From the NCBI RefSeq assembly GCF_009914755.1, contig NC_060933.1: a stretch of 64,000 nt of DNA; one strand, given 5' to 3'. The notes under the pieces are model-generated. The model ran no database searches. It saw nothing but the letters and a program-made list of their open reading frames with translations, and was not told the origin of the DNA. The DNA comes from the human T2T-CHM13v2.0 reference genome, Homo sapiens. Shown piece after piece: positions 40,585 through 55,380 of this stretch; within the stretch, counting starts at the first letter, position 1; the number at the start of each line of letters is the position of its first letter. A program made the position numbers and the translations under genes.

Positions 40585-42780
40585 TAAAATTAACTGCATG
40601 AAAAAGCAATTTGCAAATGGGTGGTCCAAGCCCCTCTTAAAGTTTGATACATCTTTCAAGCTGAGAGGAAGTCTACGTACCTCCACCATCTCCAGAGTTT
40701 GTTCCCTGCAAAAGTGATTTTAATGTAGAGCAATGAATTCTGCAAACTCACATCTCAGGCATGTTCCTAATAATAGACTGCCTCCCTGCCCCCACACTGG
40801 CAGCCGAATGTTGCCAGTCCCAAGGAATGCTCCATCATGATGCCATTTGCCTGTCAGGACTCTATCCCAGCAGCAGCTGCAGCTGATTATGGCTCGGCTG
40901 TGGGCTGTGTTTTTTTATGATCCACCTCCTCCCTTTCAAAATCAATCAGGGCACACTCATGGAAGTAAAATTAGAGGCCCTGGCCAGGGCTTCAGCTTGA
41001 GAAATGCACTTTCCCCTCCTTTTCAGGGCAGTGGTGTCCAAGGAGGCCAACAGAGGGGTGGACACCCCGCAAGAAGCCCTGTGACAGCCTCCACCCAGCG
41101 TGTCTCCATCTATAGGCAGTTGCTAAGAGACTTAAAATGCTTTTATTCCTGAAGTTTCTTCTTCTTTCCCCTCCTAACCACCCTGGTGTGGCCCTCAGCT
41201 CTCAGTAGATATTTCATGTTCTGCACTCCCCTTCCAACCATGTTTATTTCTGCTTTGGGATGCTTGTTGGAAATAGCATGCCATTCAAAGTCACAGACTG
41301 TCACCTTGTCCTTAGCTGCTGCCTTCATTTCAGTCCTTTTTTCTACCTATCGAGACTCATTGGCAACCACCATGTGGTCCCTCCCCAGTTATCCCACTGC
41401 TCTCTGGGGGCATCATCTGAGCTCGGTTGTCCCTCAGCAGCCTGGGCCAGAGCTGTCCTCTTTGGTTGATTCTTGAACAATCCATCACCTTCACATCCCA
41501 ACGTGACATTTCCATAAGATCAAACTGCATTCTTTATCCATCCCTGAAGATACATATTCATTTTCAAAAGCTTTGGCTCTCAATTAAAACAGAGAGAGTC
41601 ATTTGGTCGAGGGCTCTGTGGAAAAGACATTATTAGCTGGAGTATTCTTCTCTTCCCTGTGGTGAATGAGAGAGCATTTTCCAATTAAGGCACTCATTCA
41701 CTTTCAAGAGGCATGTGCAGGGTGCTCAGATGCGGTATAAAGGAGAGCCAGGCAGATCAGTAGCAAACGAGAGGAAAAACTGGTGGAAAATTAAGAAGAA
41801 ATGAGAGTATTCAGATGCCAGAAGAGAAAATGAAAGACTGATACAGTGACGTACTCCTGCCCCAGAAGCGGAGTGTCTGCTCAAAAGCGTGAATTTGTGC
41901 AAAAGGTTGTGCACCAAAGCAGAAGGGATTCTGTTTGCACAAATGCATGTTTCTATGGATGTGCACGAGATCTGTTGTTCTAACAAGAATTGCTGAGCAT
42001 TTCCAGCAGGTCACTTAGGGGAGAAAGGACTCTGCAGCCTTCCTGGCCCATCTTCTTCCTAGGTATCCCGGGGGAAGGGCATTTCTGATCTGCCTGCTCC
42101 AAAGCTGGGACTAGTACTGGGCCATCTGCTATCGCCTCCCAGGTGATGTGCCATAAAGTCAGAACTCATGAAACATCTCCTGGGCAGCCTCCTTCACTTT
42201 CCACACCTGTAACGAGTGGAGAAATTTAGGCCTGGGTCTCTCTTTCTCTCACTCTCTCTGCCCCATCTTCGTCATACCAGATATTCCGAGCATGCTGGTC
42301 CCAAAATACAAGTAGTGTAGGGGAGGCCTGGAGAGAGTGAGGCAGGAGCTCAAGTTGTCCCAGAGCCTTGCGTGGGAGCTGGTTGTTGCTTTCCTGGCCA
42401 CTGACAAAGCGCTTCACCGACCTCCAGTCTATTCTCATTTCCTGCCTTTGACTCCTCGGTAGAGCGCCGTGCATCATGACTGATGACTGACTCTCTTGCC
42501 GGCTCCCTGTGGTCAGTCCCTGGGTTGGGTTGAGGCAGACACTCCATCTTCATGGAGTGTGGTCTACTGTGGAATTTCCTGCTGTGTTGGTCTCTGCATC
42601 GGTCACTGTGATGGTCCCTGCTCTGGAACAGTGTAGACAACAACTGAGTCTGAAAGGAGAAGGATGGACAGGATCCAGATCCAGGGCTTTTCAAGTTGGG
42701 ATTCCCCTGGGGCCAGGTAATCTATGTGCTCCAACAGCTCACTTTTTGAGTGGGCAATGTCACAGGCCAACTCCTTTGCT

Positions 42781-43100
42781 TCAGGTATATCAGGTGTACT
42801 AGGGTGTGCCAGAGTACCAGGTGTGCCGGAGGGATCAGACGTGCCAAGGGTGCCAGTTGTGCCAGGAGACCAGGTGTGCCAGGAACAAGGTGTGCCAGGG
42901 ACCAGGTATGCCAGAGAACCAAGTGTGCCATGCGTACCAGGTGCATCCAGGGACCAGGTGTGCCACAGGACCAAGTGTGCTATGGGTACCAGGTGTGCCC
43001 AGGGACTATTCACATCAGGGGTACCAGATGTACAAGGCACCAGGTGTGCCAGGGGACCAGGTGTAGCAGGGATACCAGGTGTACCAGAAGTACCAAAGGT
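42781..43100. repeat. Degenerate minisatellite, 16-18-bp unit (ACCAGGTGTGCCAGGGG), about 18 copies
   Basis: Repeated accaggtgtgccaggg variants read directly from the sequence. Confidence 0.95.
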
Positions 43101-43641
43101 AGCTCAGCTCTTCTCCAGCTGATGATGCAGTGTTGACTCTATTTTTCTTTGAAATAAGAATTTTGTTCTCTCCTTCTCACACACGAAAATTATAAGGAAA
43201 TTTATTTATATTTATTTATTTATTATAATGAAATTTAAGGAAAAATTGTATTTATAGTAAATACAAATAGATAAAAAGTTAAAACTATCTAAACTACCCC
43301 ATTCAGGAATAACCACTTTAAATGCTTTAATGTCAGTCATTCCAATAATTTTTTGATTTTACATGTAATGTTTTCAATACACTCTACTTAAAAACAGAAT
43401 CGTGATTTCAAAGCCTGTTAGTTCAAGAAACCTGACATTTTCAACATCTTTCTGTATCATTAACACACTCCTACAACATCATTGTTAATGGCCTTCTGGG
43501 ATTCCATTACTTTGAATGTAACAAAACTTTTTCAACCAATCTCTTCATTTTGGACTTTCAAATTATTCCTCCCTTATTTATCTAACCTACTACTGATAGA
43601 TGTTTGCTTGGGTAGTACCAACATAAAATAGCCTTGCCAGG

Positions 43642-43938
<297 letters not shown>

Positions 43939-43949
43939 TCAGGTTGCAC

Positions 43950-44600
43950 GGTGGAAGATATCAGCTCCTCGGTTTTAATTTGCATTTTTGCATGTGAATC
44001 ATCCTTTGGTATTCTTTGCCCAATTCCTTTAGTGTCTCAGTATTAGGCTTTAAGATTTAAGGTATAAAATCTTCATCATACAGAGTGAAAAATATGGTTC
44101 TTTTTTGTCATCCATCTCTCTAGTTTGTTAGGGGTGTTTAATCTAACACTGTATTTTCTTATTTGTTATGTTTTGGGTGGAAGGAGAGAGGTCAGATCCC
44201 TTATTTTTTATCCTTGTGGTCTCTGCCTTGAGGCCCTATGTAGAGGGCCCTTTTCACATCGAGATGTATCTACAGGCTCACCTATATTTTCTTTCATTAC
44301 TTTTATGTTTTTTAAAAATAATTGTCTTACATCCATTTATTTGTATGGCATAAGGTCTTTAATATTTTTCTCAAATGATTAGCGCAGTTACCATTTTTTA
44401 TAAAAACAAAAGTTTACATGCTCCCTTTCTCCTACATTAAATTTTTATATATGCTTAGATCTGTTCCTGAAATGTATGATCTGTCTTACTCATCTGTCTA
44501 TCCATTTCTGAGCCATGGTCACAGTTTTAAATTATTGTAGTTTTCAAATATAATTTTATTTCTATTTTTCAAATATAATTTTCTTTCTTGTATACTAGAT
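43950..44600 (-). mobile_element. Highly diverged L1ME fragments
   Basis: ggttttaatttgcattt ... tttattttgtatggcataaggt-like ... cttagatctgttcctg ... ttttaaattattgtagtttt. Confidence 0.5.
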
Positions 44601-45504
44601 GGCCCCGTCTTTAATTACTTAAATAAAATTTATTATCTCCTCTGAAACATTTTTTTCTCCCAGGTAAAATTTAAAGTGGAAAAAAAGCATTGCGGTTGCT
44701 GTTTTCCAGCAAACTCCTGCTGTGTTCTTGCCGCACACCCCCGCTAGCCCTGGGAGAGCCATAGGGAATGTCTCACATGTGCTGTAATCCTGCAACACTG
44801 TCACTGTGCCAATCTTGAGTGCAAATGACAGGTCCTGCCTTCTCTTTTGAGTGTGTGCTTTCCCCCATCTACCTACAGAACTGCAGCAACACAAAGAATG
44901 GAAGGGCAGAAGTTGCCTAACGTTGCCTAGTGCAAGCCTGGCCTGCGAGTCTGCTCAGAGCACAATTGCAGTTTGTAGAAGGCAGCCCCAGGGGACTCCT
45001 GGGCAGAGAGAGCTAATACCAGCTAGGTGATCACAACTCCCCAGGAATGCTGACCACGGAGGGAGGCTGTCCAAGGGTCTACGAGATGGCATCCCTCTGT
45101 AGACGGCCTCCCTCTGTGGATGGCATTCTATGGGTGAATTGATACAATTCATTCGTCTTATTCAGATTTCCCTATTATCACATTACGAGTCCTCCATGGG
45201 GACTCATCAGGATTCCTTTGTGGTCTGAAATGCAGGAAATTGAGCTCTTTGGGTCAGAAGCCAAGTTAAACAAGACAGACTCCAGATGCTCTGCAAGATG
45301 GATGCAGATGCCAGCGGCACCAAGGTTAAGGTGGGAGGCATCCACTCCACTTCCTCCCATGGGAGTCTGGTCCTTCCAGGGCCGGTGGGCACCGTTCTTC
45401 CCCATGCTGCAATGGTGTTGAACAATTCCTGGGGTAAAATAAAGTTAGTAAAGACAACAACTTTCTTATGTGATAAAAATTAGCACCAAGAACAGAGAAC
45501 AAAT

Positions 45505-45660
45505 AAGAGCAGCTTCATGGGCAAGCAACCCAGGCAGGTACACAGGTCTCCACTGTCAGAAGGGCCCTGTGCTTGGCTTAATGCTCTCCTGTCACCATCT
45601 TCAAATTCTAAATAATTGTGAACGAAGGCTCTTTCCTTTTGCCTCATGAAGCGGGTCCTA
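45505..45660 (+). mobile_element. MER91A (hAT-Tip100)
   Basis: gcttcatgggc ... tcagaagggccctgtgcttggcttaatgctctcctgtcaccatcttcaaattctaaataatt ... gcgggtcct. Confidence 0.8.
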
Positions 45661-46029
45661 ATTAGCAGTATAGGAGAAAGTAGAATCTTTAATTGCAGTC
45701 AACTGGCTTGGAGTCTTCTCAAACTCAGCCTCCACTTGTGCATTATGCAGCAGTGAGGGTTGGGTCTGCATTTTGGCACCTAAAATGTGTACATTTCCAT
45801 TCAGTGAATGAGTCTCCCATTCCTAACATGGATGAGGTTCCAAGATTCCTGAGGAGTTGACCTATTCCACTGTGCAATTTATCAAGCCTGAAACAAGGAA
45901 CATCTGATTTGGGATTTAACAATATTGTTTTGTTTTAATTCAACAAAACAGGTTGTAGGAGGACAACATGCAAGATTCTTGTGGAAGTCTAGTCCTTCCA
46001 GGGCAGAAAGGTAGCCACTTCTACCTTTC

Positions 46030-46255
46030 TCCCTATGCCCATCCCTAACTCCAGCAATCACTAATTAGTACCCCCATCTTATAGTTCTGTTATTTCAAAA
46101 ATGTCATACAAGAGAAACCATAAAGTATGTAGCCTTTTACAATTGACTTTCAATCAGTATAATTCCCATGAGATTCATCAGAGTTGTGGTGTGTTTCAAT
46201 GCTTAATTTCTTTTTTACTGCTGAGGAATGTTTCATGGTAAAGGTATGCCAAGGT
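46030..46255 (-). mobile_element. L1M 3'UTR fragment
   Basis: aatgtcatacaagagaaaccataaagtatgtagcctttt ... gagattcatc ... ttttttactgctgag. Confidence 0.7.
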
Positions 46256-46604
46256 ATGCAGGCCACCTGGGGGCTTTCGTTTCCATGTGGAGGAGTCAGT
46301 GGATAGGTTATGACCAGGCCACAGCTGCCAGGTGACAAGGGCATTGTGTTCTGTGGCTTGTGGCTTGGGGCAGCCTCTATCAGATGTCCCCACACAGCTA
46401 ATCCTACCCACAGCCAAGATTAGAAATGTCAAAACCCTTATCCTTCTGCAAAGTCCCTCCAGCACTCTGTACTAAGAAAGCATAGCATGGGACATAGGAG
46501 AAAAGCTTAATGGAACTCTGGGATTTATCATACAGCACATACGGAAGTGTTCTTTGGAGCTGAGAGGCAATAAATTGATAACTGACATGATATACACAAA
46601 CAAG

Positions 46605-47432
46605 CTTATTTCTAACTCTGTCTTCTGCTCAGTTTATCTGTGTATCTATCTCTTCATTGATATGACACTGTCTTCATTACTTTAGCTTAATAGAGAAAGT
46701 CTTGATATTGGGTAGAGTGATGGCTTATACTTCGTTCTTCTTCAAATTGTTTTAGGTATTCTAGCACATGTATTTTTCCATATAATTTATTTTTTATTTT
46801 TTTATTACTATACTTTAAGTTCTAGGATACATGTACAGAACGTGCAGGTTTGTTACATAGATATACACATGCCGTGGTGGTTTGCTGCACGCATCAACCC
46901 GTCATCTACATTAGGTATTTCTCCTCATGCTATCCCTCCCCTATCCCCCCAACCCCCGACAGGCCCCGGTGTGTGATGGTCCCCTCCCTGTGGCCATGTG
47001 TTCTCACTGTTCAACTCCCACTTATGAGTGAGAACATGCAGTGTTTGGTTTTCTGTTCTTGTGTTAGTTTGCTGAGAATGATGGTTTCCAGCTTTATCCA
47101 TGTCCTGCAAAGGACATGAACTCATCCTTCTTTATGGCTGCATAGTATTCCATGGTGTATATGTGTCACATTTTCTTTATCCATTCTATCCATCTAATTT
47201 TATAATAAGCTTGCCAATGGCTACAAAAAAAAAAAAAAACCTTGCTGGGACACTTAGAGAAATTGTATTAAACCTATATAGGAAAAAATTATCTTTATTA
47301 TGTTTAATCTCCCAATTCATGAACATAGTATGTCTTTTCATTTATATAGTACTTTTTTGATTTGTTTAATCAGCATTTTGTAATTTTTTAGTATACAGAT
47401 TCTATATATGTTTTGGTAAGTTTATATTGAAA
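46605..47432 (-). mobile_element. L1M ORF2 fragment hosting L1PA7
   Basis: cactgtcttcattactttagctt ... ccttgctgggac ... aattgtattaaacctata ... cttttcatttat. Confidence 0.65.
46789..47190 (-). mobile_element. L1PA7-like 3' end (about 400 bp, 5'-truncated)
   Basis: tactttaagttctaggatacatgtacagaacgtgcaggtttgttacatag ... catcaacccgtcatctacattaggtatttctcc; TSD catataattt / catctaattt. Confidence 0.92.
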
Positions 47433-48730
47433 TGTGTCTATTTTTCTTGTTTTTCAGATTTGATAAATTCTATTGATCTGTCTTCATATTTATTCATTCT
47501 ATATTTCTCATATCCACTCTACTATAGGCCCATTTAGCAAGTTTTAAAAAAAATTACTGTTATTGCGGTTATCAGTTCTATAATTTCCATTTCATTCTTT
47601 TTAAAATTTCTGTTTCTTTCTGAGATTGTCTATTTTTAAATTTTATCAAGGGAATTTGTAGTTGCTTGTTGAATCATTTTTATGGCAGCTGCTTTTAAAT
47701 TCTTGTCAGACAGTTCCAACATCTGCTTCATCTTAGTGCTGGCATCAGTTGATTATCTCTCATTCAAGTTGTGATTTTCTTGGTTCTTGGTATAATGGGT
47801 GACTTCTTATTGTATTAGGTTGGTGCAAAAGTAATTGCGGTTTTTGCCATTACTTTTAACAGCAAAAATAATATTGAGAACATTTTGCCTATTGCATTTT
47901 TAGACTCTGGGTCCTATGAGACTCTTCATTTTAGGAGGCTGTTGCCAGGCTTAGGGTTAGCAGGTGGCCTGGCCTGCTTTTGTATGCTGTGGTTTCAATC
48001 CCATGCTGGTGCTCATGGTTGTGGGGTCATCCCTATGGAACTGTGTGGCCTCTCTGTGACTCTGGTTGGGAGAAGACCTCGTTGGACTTCAGGAACAAAA
48101 TGTGCTGCTTGGATGGGGCTACTGTTGTTGCAGACAGCCCCTGTGAGTTCTCTCAGCTGCCCAGTGTCTCTAAGGGCCAAAGAGCATTATCCAGCCCATG
48201 CTTCCTGCTGGGCAAAGATTGCCCTGTCCATGCCACCCAATGTCCCAGTGTCTCTTGGTGGAGGAAGGGATTCTCCAGCACTAAGGGGTTAGAGTACCTC
48301 TCTAGCTGAGGCATGAGCTGGGAGGGACCTCCTAGTGCTGCCCAGCTGCCAAAGCCTCTAGCTGGGAGAGGTGAGCTCAGGGCCAGTGGTGAAGGAGCAT
48401 GTTCCTTCAGAGAGAGCCAGACCCCCACGCCTGCTGCCAGGCTCTCTGGTGTTGTCAGCAGGACTCTTCTTTGATCTGGGGCAGGGAGGAGCCTGCCCAG
48501 GTTGGCCTTCATTGCTAGGCTGGGGGCTCAAGGAATGCAGGGTCTGGGTCACCTTCTGTTGTTGGGGTCAGGGGTGTAGGACTCTCTGGCGCTATTTTGT
48601 TCCTCTAGTCCTGGGGTTGCTGATCAGTTTGCCCTCCTCTTTCTCCCTTTCAGAGTCCTGTGGTGGCTTCTTCTGCCATTTCAAGGGCTTAGAGTTGTTC
48701 TTAGGGGGAGAAACAAGGAGAGAAACTGGC
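47433..48730 (-). mobile_element. Ancient L1 5'UTR plus ORF1 N-terminal part
   Basis: Homologous to 23806-25290 (shared gtgctggcatcagt(g/t)gattatct and ttcttggttcttggta). Confidence 0.72.
47813..47868. mobile_element. MADE1 (Hsmar1-derived MITE), right TIR lost
   Basis: TA followed by ttaggttggtgcaaaagtaattgcggtttttgccattactttta. Confidence 0.92.
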
Positions 48731-50245
48731 TGAGGGAGCGGAGAAGAAAATTTCACACAGGGAGTGACAGGAACCATGTGTGTTGGGCATGTGGTGTGTG
48801 AGTGTCTGTGTGTGTATGCAGTGTGTGCATAAGTGTGCATAAGTGGGTTTGAAATATACGAGTTTAGCCTGCCATATATTACACAATGAGTCAAGTGTCA
48901 ATTATCAGTCTCTCTGGCTTTCCTCTATTACCATAGATCAACAAAATTGAATTTTGATAGTCTTCCAAGGAACTGAGATTGCCACTTAGCTCTCCTTATA
49001 TTAATCATAGCATAAAGCGAGCTACAAATATTTTGGAATTAAATGGCTGTGCTGCGAACTGATATTCATTCATTTCTTTGACATATGACCATGGTAGTAA
49101 TAGCAGATGTGGCAATGGCTTCAACTGAGCCCCTGGTGTGAGCCCCTTCTCCTCTAAGTCCCCTTTCCTGTGTGAGAAGACTCTGTTTCAGAGCAGTGGC
49201 CACCCCGTGTCCCTCCTTAAGCCCAGGTGACTGTGGACAGAGACCCCTGTGTTCCAGGAGCCAATAGTCTAGAGAATATGAATCATGTAGGGTTTTTGAT
49301 ATGCATTTTTCATTCTCACTCCTGAGTTCATGAACTTCCCCTGGTCATACTAGGCACCTACTTGCTTGGGATTGTGTGTATGGGTGTGCAGATTATAGCT
49401 TCCCATAGGAATTGACACCAAGTCTACTGACGCCAATTCTTAGGTTTATCAAAAGAAATAATGTTTTCTAAATTCCTTTACTGTATCAAGGACAAAGCCT
49501 ATTGAAACCAGATCATTGAGTTACTTTTAAGAGTTTGAGAAGTTGCCCTCACCCTTTGGCAGCCTGGCCTTTGTGTCTGCTGGGAGAAGTGAGAGGAGGT
49601 AGAAGGGATAGGTGGGCAGAGGGAAGAGAGAAGGAGAGACAGGGGGAGGAGGAGATGCTCACGTAGAGCTCACTCTGGTTCAGATGAGCTTGAGTAAGGA
49701 CAATGCTGGGGTCAGAGGGCTTTGGGGATGCCTATCACTGCTGGTCAGCTGCCCACATGCCAGCTGGGTTCAGCCACATCACAGCCCCCATAGTGCTTCA
49801 GCTTGGACCAAGAACCAAGGGACTCTGAAGCCATGCTGTGTCCCCTTGACATAGTGGGACCAAAGTGGGCCAAGGGTCCCTCTGGAGGGGCCACTGTGGG
49901 GTGGTAGTAGAGTGGCCCTGAGAGTGGGAGTGGCAAGGTGGTCCCCTGAACTGATGCCATCACAAGGGTGGTCTCCAGGGGCAGCAAAGGTTGCCTGAAG
50001 CTGGATCCCCAGATCTGGGCAGGGAAAGAGGGAGGAACAAAGACTCCAGTCTTTGTGGGCTGCCTGGATCCTATAGACACCAGGCGGGGAGATCAGAACC
50101 GCACAGGCTGGTGAGGGGCCATTTGAAAAATGAGGCTAGGGAGGGGTAGAATCTGAGATTCAAGGCCCGTGACCCCTAGGTGCTGTGAGACTGGCTCTAG
50201 AGCCTTTTTCTTGTTATACTGTGAGTGGATATTCTCAAGGAAGGT

Positions 50246-50614
50246 TGCTGTGGACTGAAGGTTTGTGTCCCCCCAAATTCACCCAAATTCATCTGTTGAA
50301 ATCCTAAACCCAAGGTGACAGTATAAGGAGGTGGGGCCTTTGGGAGGTGATTAGGTCATGAAGGTGGCACCCTCATGAATGAGATTAATGGCTCTATAAA
50401 AGAGACCCCAGAGAGACCCTGCACCTCTTCCATCATTTGAGGCCACGGTAAGAAGGTGCCATCTATGAGGAAGGGATCCTCACCAGACATGGACTCTATC
50501 AGCCCCTTGATCTTGGACTTTCCTGCCTCCAGAACTGTGAGAAATACATTTCTGTTGTTCATAAACAAGCCAGCCTATGGCATTTTGTTATAGCAGCTTG
50601 GATGAACTAAGACA
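50246..50614 (+). mobile_element. MLT1A0 5' LTR
   Basis: tgctgtggactgaaggtttgtgtcccccc ... cttgatcttggacttt ... gaactaagaca. Confidence 0.92.
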
Positions 50615-52456
<1,842 letters not shown>

Positions 52457-52772
52457 TGCTGTAGACCAAATGTTTGTGTTCCCACCAAATTTGTATGTTG
52501 AAATCCTAACCTCCAAGGGGATGGTATTAGGAAGTGGGATCTTTGGGAGGTGATTAGGCAATAAGGGTGGATCCCTCATGAATGGGATTAGTGCCTTTGT
52601 AAAGGAAACCTCAGACAGCTAGCTGGTACCTTCCACCATGTGAGGAGACACCAAGGTGCCATCTATGAACCAGAAACTGAGCCCTTACCAGTCACATAAT
52701 CTGCTGGTGCCTTGATCATGGACTTCCGGCCTCTAGCTATGAGAAATGAATTGCTGTTTATAAGCCACCCAC
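52457..52772 (+). mobile_element. MLT1A0 3' LTR (3'-truncated)
   Basis: tgctgtagaccaaatgtttgtgttccc ... tttataagccaccca; homologous to 50246-50614. Confidence 0.9.
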
Positions 52773-53244
52773 CCAAGCCACCATGCTCTTTGGAAATAAA
52801 GAGTGTAGGATGAAAAACCATGAGACATGTATGTAATTAAGAGCCTACAAGTACCAAAAACCAACAAAACAAAACAAACCAGTCCTTTTCAGGAATAAAG
52901 ATGATCAGCTGGGCAGGAAACTGCGAGCTCTGGTCTCAGGCTCCTCATGCTCATCCCAGCCCCTGAGAATCAGATGCAGTCTAATTCCCAGCAGAGAAGC
53001 AGATCAGGGCTTGGACACACCTCTTATTCTCTTTCTACATTTCCTACTAGTCAAACAATAAGAGCAAAGAACTGTGAAATATTGGTTAGGTTATATGCTG
53101 TGGTTACTTTGGTTTTCAGAAAAATATTTGTGGACAAAATAAGGATTTGGGAACTGCAATCTAAGAGGGAAATAACTCTTTCCCCCACTGTCAAAGATAA
53201 AAACCACACATATTGCATGAGTATGCTTATGAAAACATACTCCC

Positions 53245-53800
53245 TCCTTCATTCACTCAGCAAATGTGTCCTGCACCCAGCCCTCCTGTGGTCCAGGCTC
53301 CTGTGTGCTGGAGCACAGGGAAGTACTGCTTGAGGCTGTGGTTTGAGCTCCCAGTCAGGGGAAGATGGACAGGTGAATTTAGGGGATTCCAGAACAGCTC
53401 TTGCTGTGACAGTGATGGCCAGGGAGCTAACAAAGGGGACCCGAAGGTCCTTAGAACAAGGGAGAGGGCCAGGAGGCCTGGGTTCTTTTCCAGAGTCAGA
53501 GAGACCATCTCAGTGGGCAGATAGAGGGGCTTGGGGCCGCACACACATGGGCAGCACAGATTTCAGGCAGGTGACAGAGACAGCATTTGTGCAAAGCATG
53601 TACGTAGGGACAGAGGCCCAGAGGTGAGGGGACAGCGGCAGCGTACATGGACGGAGGCTCCTCAGAACTGTATCTCCTCTTTTCAGCAAGTGGGTGCATG
53701 AAGGTCCCCGTAAAGGAATGGTACCCAGGCCAGGAGACTGTCTAGAGGCCATACTGAGGCCCGAGTCCAAAGCCATGAGACTGTTGGTTTGGAAGAGAAG
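53245..53800 (-). mobile_element. L2 fragment
   Basis: ttcattcactcagcaaatgtg ... gagctcccagtcagggg ... gtgcaaagc. Confidence 0.5.
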
Positions 53801-55189
53801 CGAGGAGGCTCAGTGCACTGATTCCAACCCCGCAGGCAGTAGGCAAGGGTGCCTGAAGGGAGGGACCCTGGTGGGGCACTGAGAGGGCGCTGCCCTCACT
53901 TGCCCTGGGTGCATCTCTGCGTGCTCCTGAATAGCTGTGGCCCCCTCCTTGAGCACCTGGAAGAGCACCCAGTCTCTCATCCTGCAGAAGAGGTGGCGTG
54001 GAAGAGCAGGGCCAGAATATCCATGAGGACAGTGGTGAGCAGTGCAGGCTTCCAAGGGCAACAGTAGAGACAGGATCATTGTCACAAATGGAGTTGAGAT
54101 ATGCATGCGGATGCATGTGCTGAGGATGGGGGCTGGGGGGCCCTGGAGGTGGATGTGGATGGGTTTACAGAAACAGGAGGAAAGAGGTAGGAAAGGGCAG
54201 GATTCAAAATCCTACAGGAGGATAGACCTAGTTCAGGAGCGAGGGACTGACCTCCCAGGAGGGAAGGTGGTGAAGGAGCATCACTCTCAAATTCCTGATG
54301 CCGTGGGAGGCCTGCCAGTGGCCGGCACAGTCTGAGGTTGCCAGGCGCACAGGGATGCCTCGTCATGAAAGGCACCATTCTTGCTGCAGGCGACGTGGGT
54401 TTACATCATTTCAGGACATAGTGGAACTGCATCCTGATCTGCCCTTGGGCACCTTATGGAGCCTGAAATCCAGGGCATCTGCTGAGTGGGAAGGGGACTG
54501 AGAGGGGGGATCTTCAGGGGCTCTGTACAACTTGGAACTAAAGCAAAAAAAGACGGAGAAAGGAAAAGGCTGCCACAAGCAGTAAACGTCTCCTCTTTCT
54601 GTTTTTCCCAAGCGATTTCAGAAACTGCTTGTGACTGTTATCATTCTGGAATATTATCCAAGAGACCATTGTTCCCCAGGGAAAGAAAGTAACAGACAAG
54701 AAACTTTGGATCTGGACCTATGCCGTCACAAATGTGCTGTTTTTATAAAACCTGACAGTCCGGGACAGCCTAATTAAAAAAAAAAATAAAAATAAGGGAT
54801 TTAATTCCCTTGGTATTGCAAAATACTCAGCAAAATAATCTCTTTCTGTACCCCATGTCAGATTTTTTTTAAAGTGCTGATGAAATGCAGACCTTGGCAA
54901 TTTTTGTTTAATCCAAACCCAGAAGGACTGGCTATCAGCTCATGGCCATCAGTTAATGCAGGGCTTGTAAGGCCATTTATCAATCGAGTTCATGAGCTTG
55001 AATCTGTGCCAGCCATTTTCTCTCATAAAATGATATAGCCCAGCCCTTGTTCTTGCTGAAACTGGGGGTGACAGCGTCTGTTTGTGCACATTCTGGGCTG
55101 ATGCAGGCCATGGAAACAGCTGGTGCAGGTGTTGCTGGCTTTGACTGAAATCCACGGCCCACCACGGCATCGTAGATGCATGTGCATTA

Positions 55190-55380
55190 GTTTGAGCCTA
55201 GACTCCTTAGGAGTTGTGTGGCATTCAGTAACTGACTTAACTTCCCTGTTTCTCACAAATTAATGAGAGGTCTTAATACATTTCTCATGGAGCTAATGCC
55301 TATTGAAAGAAAATAAAGCTTTTTCACCTGTAGCACAGCCAGGCACACAAGCTATAAGTATGAGTGATCATTATTACTTA
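55190..55380 (+). mobile_element. MIR
   Basis: tgacttaacttccctgtttctcac ... tagcacagccaggcacaca. Confidence 0.55.

Noticed and set aside
42603-43136. Overlapping ORFs in five frames (up to 145 aa, PGVP/GTRC-rich)
   Set aside because: They arise from a stop-poor GC-rich minisatellite; unit length is not a constant multiple of 3 and there is no supporting gene structure.
47813-47868. Possible miR-548-family hairpin
   Set aside because: This MADE1 lacks its right terminal inverted repeat, so the long stem cannot form.
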